DNA of 64,000 nucleotides from Scyliorhinus canicula (taxonomy: Eukaryota): NCBI RefSeq assembly GCF_902713615.1, contig NC_052148.1, forward strand, positions 222,178,263-222,242,262, in the 5' to 3' direction. The translations under genes and the position numbers were made by a program. The notes below the pieces were generated by a model, which worked only from the letters and a program-made list of their open reading frames with translations, was not told where the DNA came from and made no database searches. Of this stretch, positions 50,526 to 62,989 are shown in pieces; the stretch's first letter is position 1, and every line of letters starts with the position of its first letter.

Positions 50526-50845
50526 TGTGTGATATGCCTGGAAGCAATATCATAGATGGCTGGTGGTGTGATCTCCAACCAGCAGGTGGTGGGCAGACAC
50601 ACCATGTGGTCTCAAAACAATGGTCATGTGACAAGGCATTCCAATATAAGTGGGGCACATCCGGCCATAAGGAGATGGGTATTAAACGTACTAGGGTGGT
50701 TCTAAAGGAGTACAAAGAAACTCCATGATAACTTGTCCTGTAACAGATCGTTATCTTACCATGTGTGATTCAATGAAGATCCTGGTTTGGACAAGTCAAG
50801 TTGTTTGGTAGATTCCTTGCTCGACATCGAACACAAAACACAACA
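50526..50845 (+). mobile_element. 3' LTR of the NAP-LTR element
   Basis: TGTGTGATATGCC...CACAACA, preceded by the PPT. Confidence 0.85.
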
Positions 50846-50852
50846 CCACGAC

Positions 50853-51306
50853 GGGCAGAATGTTAGCACAAGTGGATAGCACTATGGCTTCACAGCGCCA
50901 GGATCCCAGGTTCAATTCCCCTCTGGATAAAAGCAAATTACTGCTTTGACAAAGAGTCATCGGACTCAAAACGTTAGCTCTTTTCTCTCCCTACAGATGC
51001 TGCCAGACTTGCTGAGATTTTCCAGCATTTTCTCTTTTGTTTCGATTCCCCTCTGGGTCACTGTGCGGAGTCTGCACGTTTTCCCCATGTCTGGGTGGGT
51101 TTCCTCTGGGTGCTCTGGTTTCCTCCCACAGTCCAAAGACGTGCAGGTTAGGTGGATTGGCCAAGATAAATTGCCCTTCGTGACCAAAAAGATACGGAGG
51201 GGTTATTGGGTTACGGGTATAGGGTGGAAGTGAGGGGTTAAGTGGGTCGGTGCAGACTCGATGGGCCGAATGGCCTCCTTCAGCACTGTACGTTCTATGT
51301 TCTATG
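50853..51306 (+). mobile_element. HE1 SINE interrupted by a Penelope-type fragment (50927-51040)
   Basis: HE1 head and tail; 16-bp duplication TTCRATTCCCCTCTGG at 50911-50926 and 51041-51056 around the insert. Confidence 0.85.
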
Positions 51307-52420
51307 CTCACCGTACACCAGCTTCACCCTCACCATTCCTGCACCCCGACACCACCCTCACCCACCCCCACTCTACACCACACTCACCCTCATGATTGTG
51401 GAGATGCAGTTGCAGAGCCAGGGACTACATGAGGGGTTGTCGGCAAGCATTCCGCACCTGCAGGTGCAGTTGGAGGAGTCCAACTGCGGAGCTGGTGCCA
51501 ACCATGCCTGCCACCCAGGCCATTACTGCACGGTTGGCGTTTGCGATGTTGGCATTGGGGGTGATGGTTTCAGCTATGAATCAGTATATCCAAGGCCTGG
51601 GGCATTCTGTGCAGGTGCTGACCTTGGCCTAAGACAGGGTTGCCGCCTCACAGGCAACTATGTGCAAGAAGCACCTGGAAATTGCAGTCGTGCTTCTGAG
51701 CCCGGGACCTTGAGGGCCTCTGGCCCTGGTGCCTGTCCCTGATGCCAGGGGTACCATCAGCTGGCACTGCCCTTGCGAGCAGTAAGCTGCATGGCCCGTG
51801 CCCAACACCACTGTAGGAGCTACAGACGGCGTGCCCTGGTTGGGTCACCTGATGCCTCTCTGGCGGGTGGTGGCTGTGTGGGTCTCTAGCAAGGGTGTGG
51901 TGAGGGGGTGGGGTGCCACACCCATACGGCCGGTATCACTCTTCAGAACTAGGGGTCAAGGTGGGTGGTCAGTGGGGTGCGCAGCAAGATGGCTCCCTTT
52001 CAAATCGTGGCAATGGAGGTCCCTGCCTGGGCACCACCCCAGTCCTCTGTGGGGTCACCCCGGCCACTCAGCCTGTTTCCCAGTCACCCCCCCCCCCCCC
52101 CCCCCCGGCCCTGGCAGGACTCCCCCACCCACCATGGCAAGCCCGGCAGCTGTAGTCATGCCTCTCGCTGTCCTACCTCCTCTCTTTTCCTCAGCAGTCA
52201 CAACGCTGATTTTAAAAGCACAAATGAACTGCGCCATTGGGAACTCGGCCCATCGGAGGTGGCAAATCATGGAGGCACTGATATGCAAACAGTGTTTACT
52301 GTACATGCGTTCCGGACCGCATTGACGCTGCTGTCGAGGTGACGAAGAATTGCGATTTGGCGTCAAATCGGCGCCCACCGCGTGTCCCAATTTCGCCGTT
52401 AGCCAGCGGAGAATCCAACC
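51307..52420. mobile_element. Harbinger-derived sequence (host of the NAP-LTR insertion, with 46147-46911)
   Basis: Ends GGAGAATCCAACCC (TIR). The CA/C-rich tract continues across the LTR insertion site. Confidence 0.5.
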
Positions 52421-54159
52421 CAACATGTTCACAGATTCTCAGTCTGAGTTCCCGAGAGGGTCAAACAGCTCTGGGCCCAATCTCAGCCTTCATCAAACAT
52501 AGACAGGTAAGGGGACATCAAGGTAACATTTGGCTGAGTATGGCACTCCTAGCAACATTGAAGTTAATGGGAGTCGGGGGCAAAATTCTCTACTCTTGGG
52601 GCCATTGCCATCTGTGCTGCCATTTGTACTGCAGGAACCCTGAGCACAGAAACTGTGTGGTAAACTGTTGAATCCAACCTTCAGAGGTTGGTGGAAGAGT
52701 CACTGGAGCAGAACTGAATGAGGGATCTTTGCAAGTTCTCTCCGAATCCTGCACATGCTCGATTATTAAAAGATGACTTATAACATGTTCAAACCTTTTC
52801 AACCCTAGCAGGACTGTTTACTTTCCCTGTGTGCTTGATTCAACAATGACGAGTCAGATTATTTGAGCAAACATGTGTCTCCAAGATGGCAATGACCCTA
52901 GGATTTTGTCAGTCCAAGTCCTCCAAATGTATGAGAGAGTTAAACTGTCTTGATTGTACAGCTTTAGAACACTGCACAGATTCTTCATGAATGATTTCAA
53001 CAAGAGTTTAGCAACCAGCTTTAGGGAGAAATTAATTAGCATACCAATATCATGAAACCAATACCAATTCAATAGGCCAAATAGCCTCCTTCCATGCTGT
53101 GCTATTCTGTACTTCTGTGATAAATACCTTTTACTTGTAAGTGCTAGCAAACAGGCGCCGGAATGTGGCGACTAGGGGCTTTTCACAGTAACTTCATTGA
53201 AGCCTACTCGTGACAATAAGCGATTTTCATTTTTTCATTTCATTTCAATATTGCAGCAATCTTTATGTTACATCTGTCTTTGATGCATTTATGAAACAGA
53301 GGAAGACATGACCATTTGATTTTTATTATTTTATCTTGAATTTATGACTAAATTCCAAATCTTTTCAATAAAAGCGAATACTATTTTACAGACTTCACTT
53401 CAACGTGATCACATTCACTAAAGGATACTCCAAAGGTCAGAAAATGTGAAAGCACATGTTTGCACTGTGACAGTATTTTGCAACTGAAGGTTATCTAGAT
53501 TGTTTATAGTGTTGATCAAATATTTATCGGAGCAGCACAATTACAGAATTATTTGGTCACAAAAGTACAACAATCTTCATTCTAGCACGTCCCATAAAAT
53601 AAAATATCCCAGAGCAGTTCTTGATGTGGTGTAGGAAAGTACTAGCAAGGGGGAAAAAAGGGAACATTTTCAAGGATATAGGCTCAATAATCAGTCGAGA
53701 AGGCCCTTTAGGAGGTTTTTGTAAACAGGGAGCAAGGAACGAAGGCAATATGGTTTTAGCAGTTGCAAAGCAGTAAGTGTCTTCACTTACCAAAAATGTA
53801 GTAGCCACTTCTACTCCACTTGCATGCATAAATAAGTAGTGCGAGGTGGAACATTCCAAACAGACTTTTGCTTTGCATTGTTTACCTTCATGTCCAATAA
53901 TCTTCTGCTTTCCTATATTTAACAACTGTAAGATGGAGGAAATCAATCAAGGTGAGATTGAAGCCTAATGCAGAGCCACTCAAGAAGGGCTCTAATTCTA
54001 ATTAGAGCAGTTTCTGAACTATTTTGTACTGCCCTCCTTAACACCTCGATTGGTTGTATTCTTCTTACAGCTACTGAACACAAGAACCAAAGTCACGATG
54101 TTTGTTTGTGAAGCTAGTGTAGACATGATGGGCCAAATGGCCTCCTTCTGCAGCTTAAT

Positions 54160-54480
54160 AATTCTGTGGTTCTGTGATGTGGGAGGAAGATTGGACCACA
54201 TGGCCCATCAAACCTGCTCTGCCATTCAATATGATCAAGGCTAATTGTGTGCTTCAACTCCAGTTTCCTGACTGCTCCCAAATTCTTGACTTTCCTGAGA
54301 GAACAAAAATCTGTCTGTCCCAGCCACAAATTATTCAACGATGGAACATACACAACCCTCTGGGACAGAGAATTCCAAAGATTTACAATCCGTCCAGTGA
54401 AGTAATTTCTCTTCATCTCAGTTCTAATCAAATGTTCCTTACTCTGAGACTGTGTCCTGTGTTTTAAACTCCCCAGCCAG
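54160..54480 (-). mobile_element. CR1 3' end
   Basis: RTEMKRNYFTGRIVNLWNSL; the same decayed CR1 continues at 55220-55300 and 55480-55545. Confidence 0.75.
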
Positions 54481-55299
54481 CAGAAATGGAGGCTGGAATT
54501 TTGCACAGCACCCTTCCCAGGTGGCCTCCGAGGCAGGGAGGGAGGGTAAAATCACACAGACAGGATTCCCTCCGGGCTCCCGCTCTGACCCAGATGCATC
54601 ACAGAAGGACGGAAACGGCCTCGGATGGGGAAGCCCATCCATGCCCCTATTAAGGCCCTTAAGTGGTCATTTAATGACTGCTTAGGGGTATTTTACCAGC
54701 CAGCCTTAATTTTTGGGCTGATGGGCACTGGATGAATCAAGGTGCTGAATAGAAAAAGTTAACAATATTGACCTTGGGCGAGAAGGTGGGGGACGCCTTG
54801 ATCCAAAGACCCCTTCAGCTTTGGGGTGCCCTCTCAGGGACTTGTCGTTCCAGTCCTCCTTCCCCCCCACCTATCCCCAGATACAGAAATTGTTCCCTCC
54901 TCCCAATCCCCCAAGAGCATCCTCTTCCCTCCCTTCCACAGGATTCCTAATACTTACCTGAAGTACAGTCCAGGGACATAGGCTTAGGCAGGGTGCTGCA
55001 GTACCTCATCTGGCCACTGCAGCACTGTGCCTGGAGGGGCTGGAGAGCTGTCGGCCAAGGCAGCACTTCCATCCAAGGGCGGATAGAACTCTCTCCTGCT
55101 GTTAATCAATACTCAATTGATTGTGAAATGGCAGTGGGCCTGTCTGAGTCAGAGAAGACGAATTCCCTACCAACTGTCAGGATGGCGGCGCTGAACACTC
55201 ATCAATCTGAAATTTCAGGCCAATCTCTCAACATCTACCCGATTAAGCCCTCTCAGAATTTTGTAGGTTTCAATGAGATCACCTCTCATTCTTCTAAAT

Positions 55300-55476
55300 T
55301 AATAATAATCATAGCTTATTGTCACAAGTAGGCTTCAATGAAGTTACTGTGAAAAGTCCCTAGTCGCTACATTCCGGCGCCTGTTCGGGGAGGCCGGTAC
55401 GGGAATTGAACCCACGCTGCCGTCCTTGTTCTGCATTACAAGCCAGCTGTTTAGCCCACTGTGCCAAACCAGCCCC
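55300..55476 (-). mobile_element. third-family tRNA SINE
   Basis: Matches 13431-13604. Confidence 0.85.
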
Positions 55477-55546
55477 TATTCCATCGAATATTAGTCCAAT
55501 TTATTGAGCATTTCATCATAGGCTAACACCTTAATTCCAGGCAATA

Positions 55547-55878
55547 TTCTAGTGACACAATGGTTAGAACGACAGCTTCACAGCGCCGGGGACCCGAGTT
55601 CGATTCCGGCCTTGGGTGACTGTCTGTGTGGCTGTTGCATGTTTTCCCCGTGTCTGCGTGGGTTTCCTCCGGATGCTCTGGTTTCCTTCCACAGTCCAAA
55701 GATTAGCAGGTTAGGTGGATTGGCCATGTTAAAAGTTCCCCTTAGTGTCCAGGGATATGCAGGTTAGGTGAGGCTACTGAGATAGGGTGGGATAATAGGC
55801 CTAGGTAGGGTGCTCTTTCAGATTTTATTGCTGACTTGATGGACTGAACCGCCTCCTCCTGCACTATAGGGATTCTGT
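55547..55878 (+). mobile_element. HE1 SINE
   Basis: tRNA head and V-domain. Confidence 0.85.
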
Positions 55879-55939
55879 GGAGGAAATCCCTTTAAACGTC
55901 ACCACTGAGAAATTTAACATATTTTTAAAAAGTTTTGCT

Positions 55940-56800
55940 TTCTGATCCTTACGACCAAAATGAATAACTTCACATTTCCCTACTTCATACTCCATCTGCC
56001 ATCTTGTTGTCCACTCACTGAACTTATCTATCTTCTTGCAGCTGCTCTATGTACTTGCCACAACTACCATCCAATCAGGCTTGAGATCATCAGTAAACCT
56101 TGATACATTACTCTCTGTCCCTTCATCTAAGTCAGTACTATAGACTATAAATAGTTGAGATGCCCGCCTATATCCTTACGACTCTCCACTATTCACCGCC
56201 GGTCAGCTTGAAAATACTCTATTTATGCCCACTTTCCACTTTCAATTGATAACCAATCTTTACCCATACTAAAATGCTACCCCTAACCCCATGAGTCTTT
56301 ATCTTTTCTATTGGCCTTTTGTATGACACCTTATCAAATGCCTTTTTGAAATCCAGGTAATCTACATCTACTGGATCCCCTTTATATACCCTCCTAGTTA
56401 CATCTTCAAAAAACAAAATAAATTTGTCCAATAGGATTTCCTCTTAATAAAATCACAATATTTTAATCTATTCTTTTCTAAGTCCATTGTTCAGACTTCC
56501 TTATAGCAGGTTCCAGCATTTTCCCAACAATTGATATAGGCTAACTGACCTGCAGTTCACTGCTTTCTCTCCTTCACTTCTTGAAAAGTAGCGTAACATT
56601 TGCCAACTTCCAAGCTAACTTCCAGAATCTAAGGAATTTTGGAAAATCATTGGCAGTTCATCCACTATCTCTGCATCTAACTCTTTTAGAACCCGAGGGT
56701 TTGGGATGTCAAGTCTGGGCATTTGTCAGATTTCAGCCGCTTGTGTTTTGACAATACTTTTTCTCTGTTAATGTTTGTTTCCTTAATTCCCTCCCTCTTC
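55940..56800 (-). mobile_element. CR1 RT fragment
   Basis: FFEDVTRRVYKGDPVDVDYLDFKKAFDKVSYKR. Confidence 0.85.
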
Positions 56801-57288
56801 TTCCCAGGTTACTGTCTATTCCAGTCTGCAATTTGTGTCTTTTTTAAAAAATGATTTTTATTGAGTTTTGGTACACAAAACAAATATAAATACGTACAAG
56901 CAGTGGGAGTTAAGAAAGAGAAAATAAGAAGTAAATTTAAAACTATTTACACATAGATCGGCTTCAACTATTTACATAGATACATCACAGTTTCCTTTTT
57001 TTTATTCCCTCCTTACAATGTTTGCAGTGGTGATTGAGGTCCACTATGTTTCACTTCCCACAGGTTGTACCTTTGCTTTCTTCCCTTTGGTCCACTGCCT
57101 TGCCACTTCTGCTTCTCTTGTGGGTTTGGCTGTGCTCCATTTCCCCGACCCCTTCCCCCCCCCCCCCCCCACCCCTTCCTTACTATGTCATGGATACTCC
57201 CTCCTGACCTTTGGCTTCCTAGCTGTTGGCTACAAACAGGTCTTGGAACAACTGGGTTCATGTCTTCTAATGTGAAGACAGGCACAAT

Positions 57289-57574
57289 ATATTGGTGGCA
57301 CAGTGGTTAGCGCTGCCAGGAATCCAAGTTCCATTCTGGCCTTGGTTGACTATCAGTGTGGTGCTTGCACATTCTCCCTGTGTCTGTGTGGGTTTCCTCC
57401 AGGTGTTCCAGTTTCCTCTCACAGTCAAAAGATCTGTAGGTTAGGTGGATTGACCATGATCATGCACGGGGTTACGGGGATAGGGTGGGTGAGTGGACTT
57501 AGGTAAAATGCTCTTTCAGAGAATCGGTGCAGACTCAATGGGCCGAATGGCTTCCTTCTGCAGTGTAGGGATTC
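57289..57574 (+). mobile_element. HE1 SINE (older)
   Basis: tRNA head and V-domain. Confidence 0.8.
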
Positions 57575-59093
57575 GAGGGGTTCAATGTCACTGCTATTTC
57601 CCCAAAGCTACCCAATGGAGGAACTGGGGACAGTTGAACCTCTCGAGCCGCAAGAGGTTTGATGACCTTCTTGGCAAGGTGAGTATAGCACAAGACACTG
57701 ATGATAGCATCGAGGCCTGCAACCTTCAATAGGCACATCAGCTGAGCAACCTGAATGCATGTGGTGCTCCTTAACATGGGACATGTGTGTTCAGGGCATT
57801 TACTGATTCTCAGAAATACCCAGCTCCCAAGTGTCATGAAGGATCTGGTAGCACAGTTATATGCGGTTTCTTATATAAATGAGATGCAACATTGGCCAGA
57901 GAGACCAGCTGTGCATTATCTCTCACTGTTTTGTAATTGCTGAAGAAGAGGCCAAACAATTCATAGGAAAGGGTTTGCACTGGAGGAGTTCCCCTTGTGT
58001 TCAAGCCCTGCAAAACCAAGTGGGGGGTGCAAAGATGGAAATACCTGGAGAAGAGAGTGAAAAGATATTGAGATTTGTATTTAAGGTGACGCTATAGGCT
58101 ACATCAACAATGTGCCAAAGACACAGCTGTATTGGGAAGCCTCAGCACTGCAGAAACAAGTTTCATTCGCATGATCCTTCTCCTCCAGGGTTAGCTGTGG
58201 AGGGCCAGCTATGCAGTACCATTGCATCAGTGGGGATATATGAGGCAACTGAGAGACATCATACAAGCACACCCTTACCCCGTGCAGATACACCCTTATC
58301 AGTGGGTCAATTCAGGCAGTTAGAAATGGTGGACTGGTGAAGAGGAGGGCACTTGGGAGAAGGAGGAAGTAGGAGAGGCAAAGGCAGCTGTGGGCAGTTA
58401 TCCTTAGAGGAAGAAGAACAAATCCAATCTTGTTAAGTTGGATGCAGATGCGGGACCTCAGGAGTTTCTTAACAAGAAAGGAGGTTCTACTTCAACCAGC
58501 AGCAAGAAATATGTTCCCATATGTCAGAGTTCCCCGAGGCAGGGAAGATCATAGATTGAGGATAGAGGAGCCCATTCAGGACGTTTGAGTGCATGTGCTC
58601 CTGCTTTGAGAGAGTGGTCAACCTCATGGAGAGCCATCTGCAGCAGCACTCAAGAGTGGATGCAGGAACAATGCACTAAGATGCATAGATTCTATACAAC
58701 GCTTTGCAGCCTTGACCAGTCAATGGCACTAATGGCACAAAGATGCATGGAATGGATGCCAGATATGCTGCAGCTGGTGGTCCCTTGAAGTGATCCAAGG
58801 ACAGGCCAATCAATGATGATGATGAGGGACCTTTCCCTATTGAAGCATCGTGAAGCAGGGTCTTGTGAAGGAGGCTTACGCTGCACACACACCAATGCAG
58901 CGGCTTCTGGAGTTGCCCCAATTAACACCTCCATAATGAGAAAGACCACTGGGGTATCTCAATCACAAGCCAGCACAAACAGATTGCCTCCCCTTCACCA
59001 AGACCACAAGGAGAGTACCAAATAAACATGGTTGACAGCAGAGGCCACCATGTTGGTTAGAAAATTGAGTGATTCAATGGATTCATTTAACTT

Positions 59094-61455
59094 TGTTATA
59101 ACCCCCATGAGACCCACGGGGAATGGCCTGATTAATCGCCCTGTGGGGCTCGTGGAATACAAGCTCTCCCACTGAGGGGACGGAGGCCCAACAGCGGGGA
59201 TAGGTAATTCCCCAAGAAGGATGGTCCCGGCTGGGGCTTGGAGTGTTGCTTAGCTGCTGTATTTCCTAACTGTGAGTAGGAAATAAGCTACTTTGACTTA
59301 CCTTTTCAGAGCTCCTCGTTAACTACAATATTGACTGCGACGCTGCTAGAGACTCAGACTACGGATGCATCTCAACACAGAGCAAGGTTAATATTGTTTA
59401 AAAAATGCTGCTCTTTGGTAGACTCAACGTGTTTGACATGAATTTGGAAGACTGGGCGCAGCACGTGGAGCTATGTTTTCAACTGGAACGCTATTACTAG
59501 GGAAGACCACCAGAAGGTGATTCTTTGAACCGCCTGTGGGGCCCCCACTTTCAGCGTCATCTCAAGCCTAATCTACCTTGCAGCCCCAGATTCCAAGACA
59601 GTTGATGAATTGCTGGCTTTTGTAACGAACTACTATGATCCGAAGCCGCGTTCATTGTCCAAAGATGCCGATTCAATACTGCCGAGAGAGAAACCCACAG
59701 GAGTCTGTTACTAATTTTCTGGTATGCTTCCACAAACTAGCAGAGCACTGCATCCAGGGGCCATTCTATTGGAGGTGCTATGAGACTGCCTTGTATGCAG
59801 AATTAACAACATGGCGACGCAGTGAAAATTGCTGGCCGAACTCCCTCTCATGGAAGAGCATGAAGAAAGGAGTCCAGGAGCTCCAGAGTACATCAGAGAT
59901 GGAGGTGCATAGCGTAGGACGTCCCCATTCAGACGTGCGTGGCCCCTAGGAAGAGAACCTCTGTGACCCAGCCTGTGCCCGAACTCCGTCGGGGCAGGCT
60001 GTTGGACGAGGGCCGCTGAAGCCAGGCAGGTCATTTCCCCTGAACCACTGGAGGAAGACTCACAGAGCTGCAGCATCTGTGGCCGGAAAAACTGCAGAGA
60101 TCAGCGTCGCCAGGTAATCCTATAAGCTTGCCACCCTGGTCGAGGGAGGCCCCCGCCGAGAGCCTGGACCCTCCACCAAGAGCAGCCCGATGAAGACAAG
60201 TGCATGCAGTTGAATTTTCATCGCTGTGCCACGGGTTGTCCCCTTCAAAGTCACCATCCAGGTGAATAGTCACCTGCTCATAATGGAACTGGAGATGAGG
60301 CCAAGATTCACGCAGACCCTGAGGCCAAACCAAAGTATTTCAGCGCCTGCCCAGTTCCCAACGCATTGCTGACATAGGTAGAGGATGAGCTCAACTGCTT
60401 GGAAAGCTGAGGAATCACCCGGTTGGTACAATTTGGGCAGCGCCTGTAGTCCTTGTACTGAAAAAAGATAAAACTGTCTGACTGTGTGGGGTTTACAAGC
60501 TAAGAGTGAACAAGGCCTCTTGTTTGGACAGATACCCAATGCAGCGAATAGAGGATCTCTACGCAAAGCTGGCTGGAGGACACACTTTTTCTAAACTCAA
60601 CATGAGTCATGTACACCTCCAATTGGAACTAAGGGCGGCTTCCAGAAATCCGTGACCATTAATACACACAGAGGCCTCTATGAATATGCAAAGTTTGAAT
60701 TTGAGTTGTCATTGGCTTGCGCTATTTTCCTAGAGTTGTGGTGAACATTCTCCAAGGGCTACCACGAGTGGAGGTCTACTTGGATAACATCCTGGTCACC
60801 AGAGCCACCAAAACAGAGAACCTGAGCAACATGTAGGAGCTCCTTCGCCAGTTTTCTCAGACAGGCATCTGCCTTAAAAGAGGAAAATGCCTTTTTTACG
60901 CAAAAGAGGTCACATACTTAGGGTACCTTGTTGACCGAGATGGCCTGCACCCAGTAGAAGAGAAGGTGTGAGCAATCAAACAAGTCCCCGCACCTGAGAA
61001 TGTGATCGAATTGCTGTAGTTCTTAGGACTCGTGAATTATTGCGGGAAGTTTAACCCTAACATGGCAACCATCCTCGCATCATTGCATGCGCTACTGAAT
61101 GAACACCAAGAGTGGGCGTGGAGAGCGCCAAAAGAAGAAGCCTTCATCAGGGTGAAGCAGCGACTGTTGGCATCAGGGATGTTGGCTCACTACGACCCTT
61201 CAAAGCCCCTTTTGGTCACTTGCGACGCCTCCCCATACGGAATCGGGGCAGTGTTATCCCACTGTATGGATGACGGAATGGCAAGAGCAATAGCCTAGGC
61301 ATTACAAACTTTGGCTGCTGCGGTGTGCAACAATGTCCGATTGAGAAAGAAGGGCTTGTCATTTTCACAGTGAAGAAATTTGACCAGTATAGGTGTGGCC
61401 GTCATTTCACCATCATAATGGACCACAAGCCATTGCTCGGATTGCTTAAAGAAAT
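59094..61455 (+). mobile_element. Gypsy LTR retrotransposon remnant (5' LTR about 59094-59328, gag, RT, RH)
   Basis: M.LFGRLNVFD gag start, YLDNILVT (RT), NYCGKF.PNMATILA and LAHYDPSKPLLVTCDASPYGIGAVLSH (RH). Confidence 0.88.
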
Positions 61456-61459
61456 GGGT

Positions 61460-62065
61460 ACCAATGCCATGAGTAGCACTAATAAAGCAATTCGGCTAAG
61501 GCCATTTGAGCAACTAGGGGCTAAATTAAAAATCAGAACCACAAAGGTAATAATGTCTAGACTACTACCCGAGCCATGAGCAAATTGGCACAGGGTAAAT
61601 AAGACCATAGAGTTGAATGTGTCGCCGCATGACTGGTGTGGGTGAAAAATGTTCCAGTTCATGAGGCACTGGCACTAGTAGTGGGTAAAGAGAGAGCTGA
61701 TTATTAGGACAGCCATGTCCTGAACCGTGCTAAGACCAGTATGGTGGCAAATCCTGTAACAGTGGCTGGAAAGAGAGCTTTAAACTAAATAGAAAGGCAG
61801 GGGTGGGTTCACGAGGAGCGATTTGGAAAGTTGAAGAGAAAGGGCAATAGTGCAGGGTAATGACACAGAGAATGATTACCAGAGTGTGGCTGGAAGGCAC
61901 AGACAAACATAATTACTTGTGCCAGAAAATAAGATCAAAGTAGGGAATAATGGCAAAACAATGTTAAAGGCTCTTTATCTGATTGCACATAGCATTTGTA
62001 ACAAGTTAGATGAATTGATAGCACACATAGAAATAAATGAGTATTATAGAACAAGCAGCATAGAG
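61460..62065 (+). mobile_element. CR1 ORF1 end / ORF2 start fragment
   Basis: LGAKLKIRTTKVIMSRLLPEP (esterase-like ORF1) and LKALYLIAHSICNKLDEL (endonuclease start). Confidence 0.7.
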
Positions 62066-62349
62066 ACTAGGGTTGGAATTTTCTGGAAAAATGACAGTGT
62101 CATTTTTGGCTTGAAAGTGGCGGCGTGATCCATACAGTAATCTTGAGCCACTTAGTCAAATTATTTTTCCCCCATATGAAACACGTCACACCTGAGTTAG
62201 CAGGTGTCGGATTCATCCGCCCCAGGGGTCAGCTGAACACTGCAATCAAGAGGGCGCTGCATTTAAATGGATCCTCAGCACTCACTTTCAGAGAGCTGCT
62301 CACCGACCTGCGGCAAGATTCCTGGAGGGGGCCGTGACAAGACTGTTGG

Positions 62350-62670
62350 ATAGAACATACAGTGCAGTAGGAGGCCATTCGGCCTATCAAGTCTGCACTG
62401 ACCCACTTAAGCCTATCTTCCACCCTATCCCCGTAACCCAATAACCCCTCCTAACCTTTTTTTGATCACTAAGGCCAATTTATCATGGCCAATCCACCTT
62501 ACCTGCACATCTTTGGACTGTGGGAGGAAACTGAAGCACCCAGAGGAAACCCACGCAGACATGGGGAGAATGTGCAGACTCCGCTCAGACAGTGACCCAA
62601 CGGGGAATCGAACCTGGGACCCTGGCGCTGTGAAGCCATAGTGCTATCCACTTGTGCTACCATGCTGCCC
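62350..62670 (-). mobile_element. HE1 SINE
   Basis: Full-length reverse-complement copy. Confidence 0.9.
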
Positions 62671-62989
62671 TCGTGTTGAAAAGAGGCCCCTAACAACGTG
62701 GCCAATCCCACCAGGGAGGTGATGGCAACAGTGTTAATGCCAGCAGTATGACCAGGAGGATTGGTGTTCAATATCGTAAAAAGATGGATGAATAATCTAC
62801 GAGTTGCAAGGGTGAGTTCCCCCTGTTTCCCTTTGGCATTCATCTCTTCCATCACCCCAGGATGTCGCTGTTAATCCACTTTCTGCCACCTCGCTCTCCT
62901 AACACCTAAACTCCCAACAGCATCCTCAAAATCTCCCCCCCCCCCCAGGCACTCCTCATCAAAAACCCTTTTGGCCTAAGTGTGTTGTC

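Larger units (their letters stand above)
46912..50845 (+). mobile_element. non-autonomous Gypsy-derived LTR element carrying a protease-NAP1L1 fusion
   Basis: 5' LTR fragment 46912-46991 matches (about 85% by eye) the start of the 3' LTR 50526-50845 (TG...CA). PPT GAGGAAGGGGGA directly precedes the 3' LTR. No RT, RH or IN motifs inside. Confidence 0.85.

Noticed and set aside
46906-50851. Target-site duplication for the NAP-LTR element
   Set aside because: The flanks CCACCC and CCACGA are only partly similar, so no TSD is claimed.
52430-54100. Exons of a neighbouring gene (e.g. TDO2, adjacent to ASIC5 in mammals) in the repeat-poor stretch
   Set aside because: No ORF with recognisable similarity and no convincing exon found.
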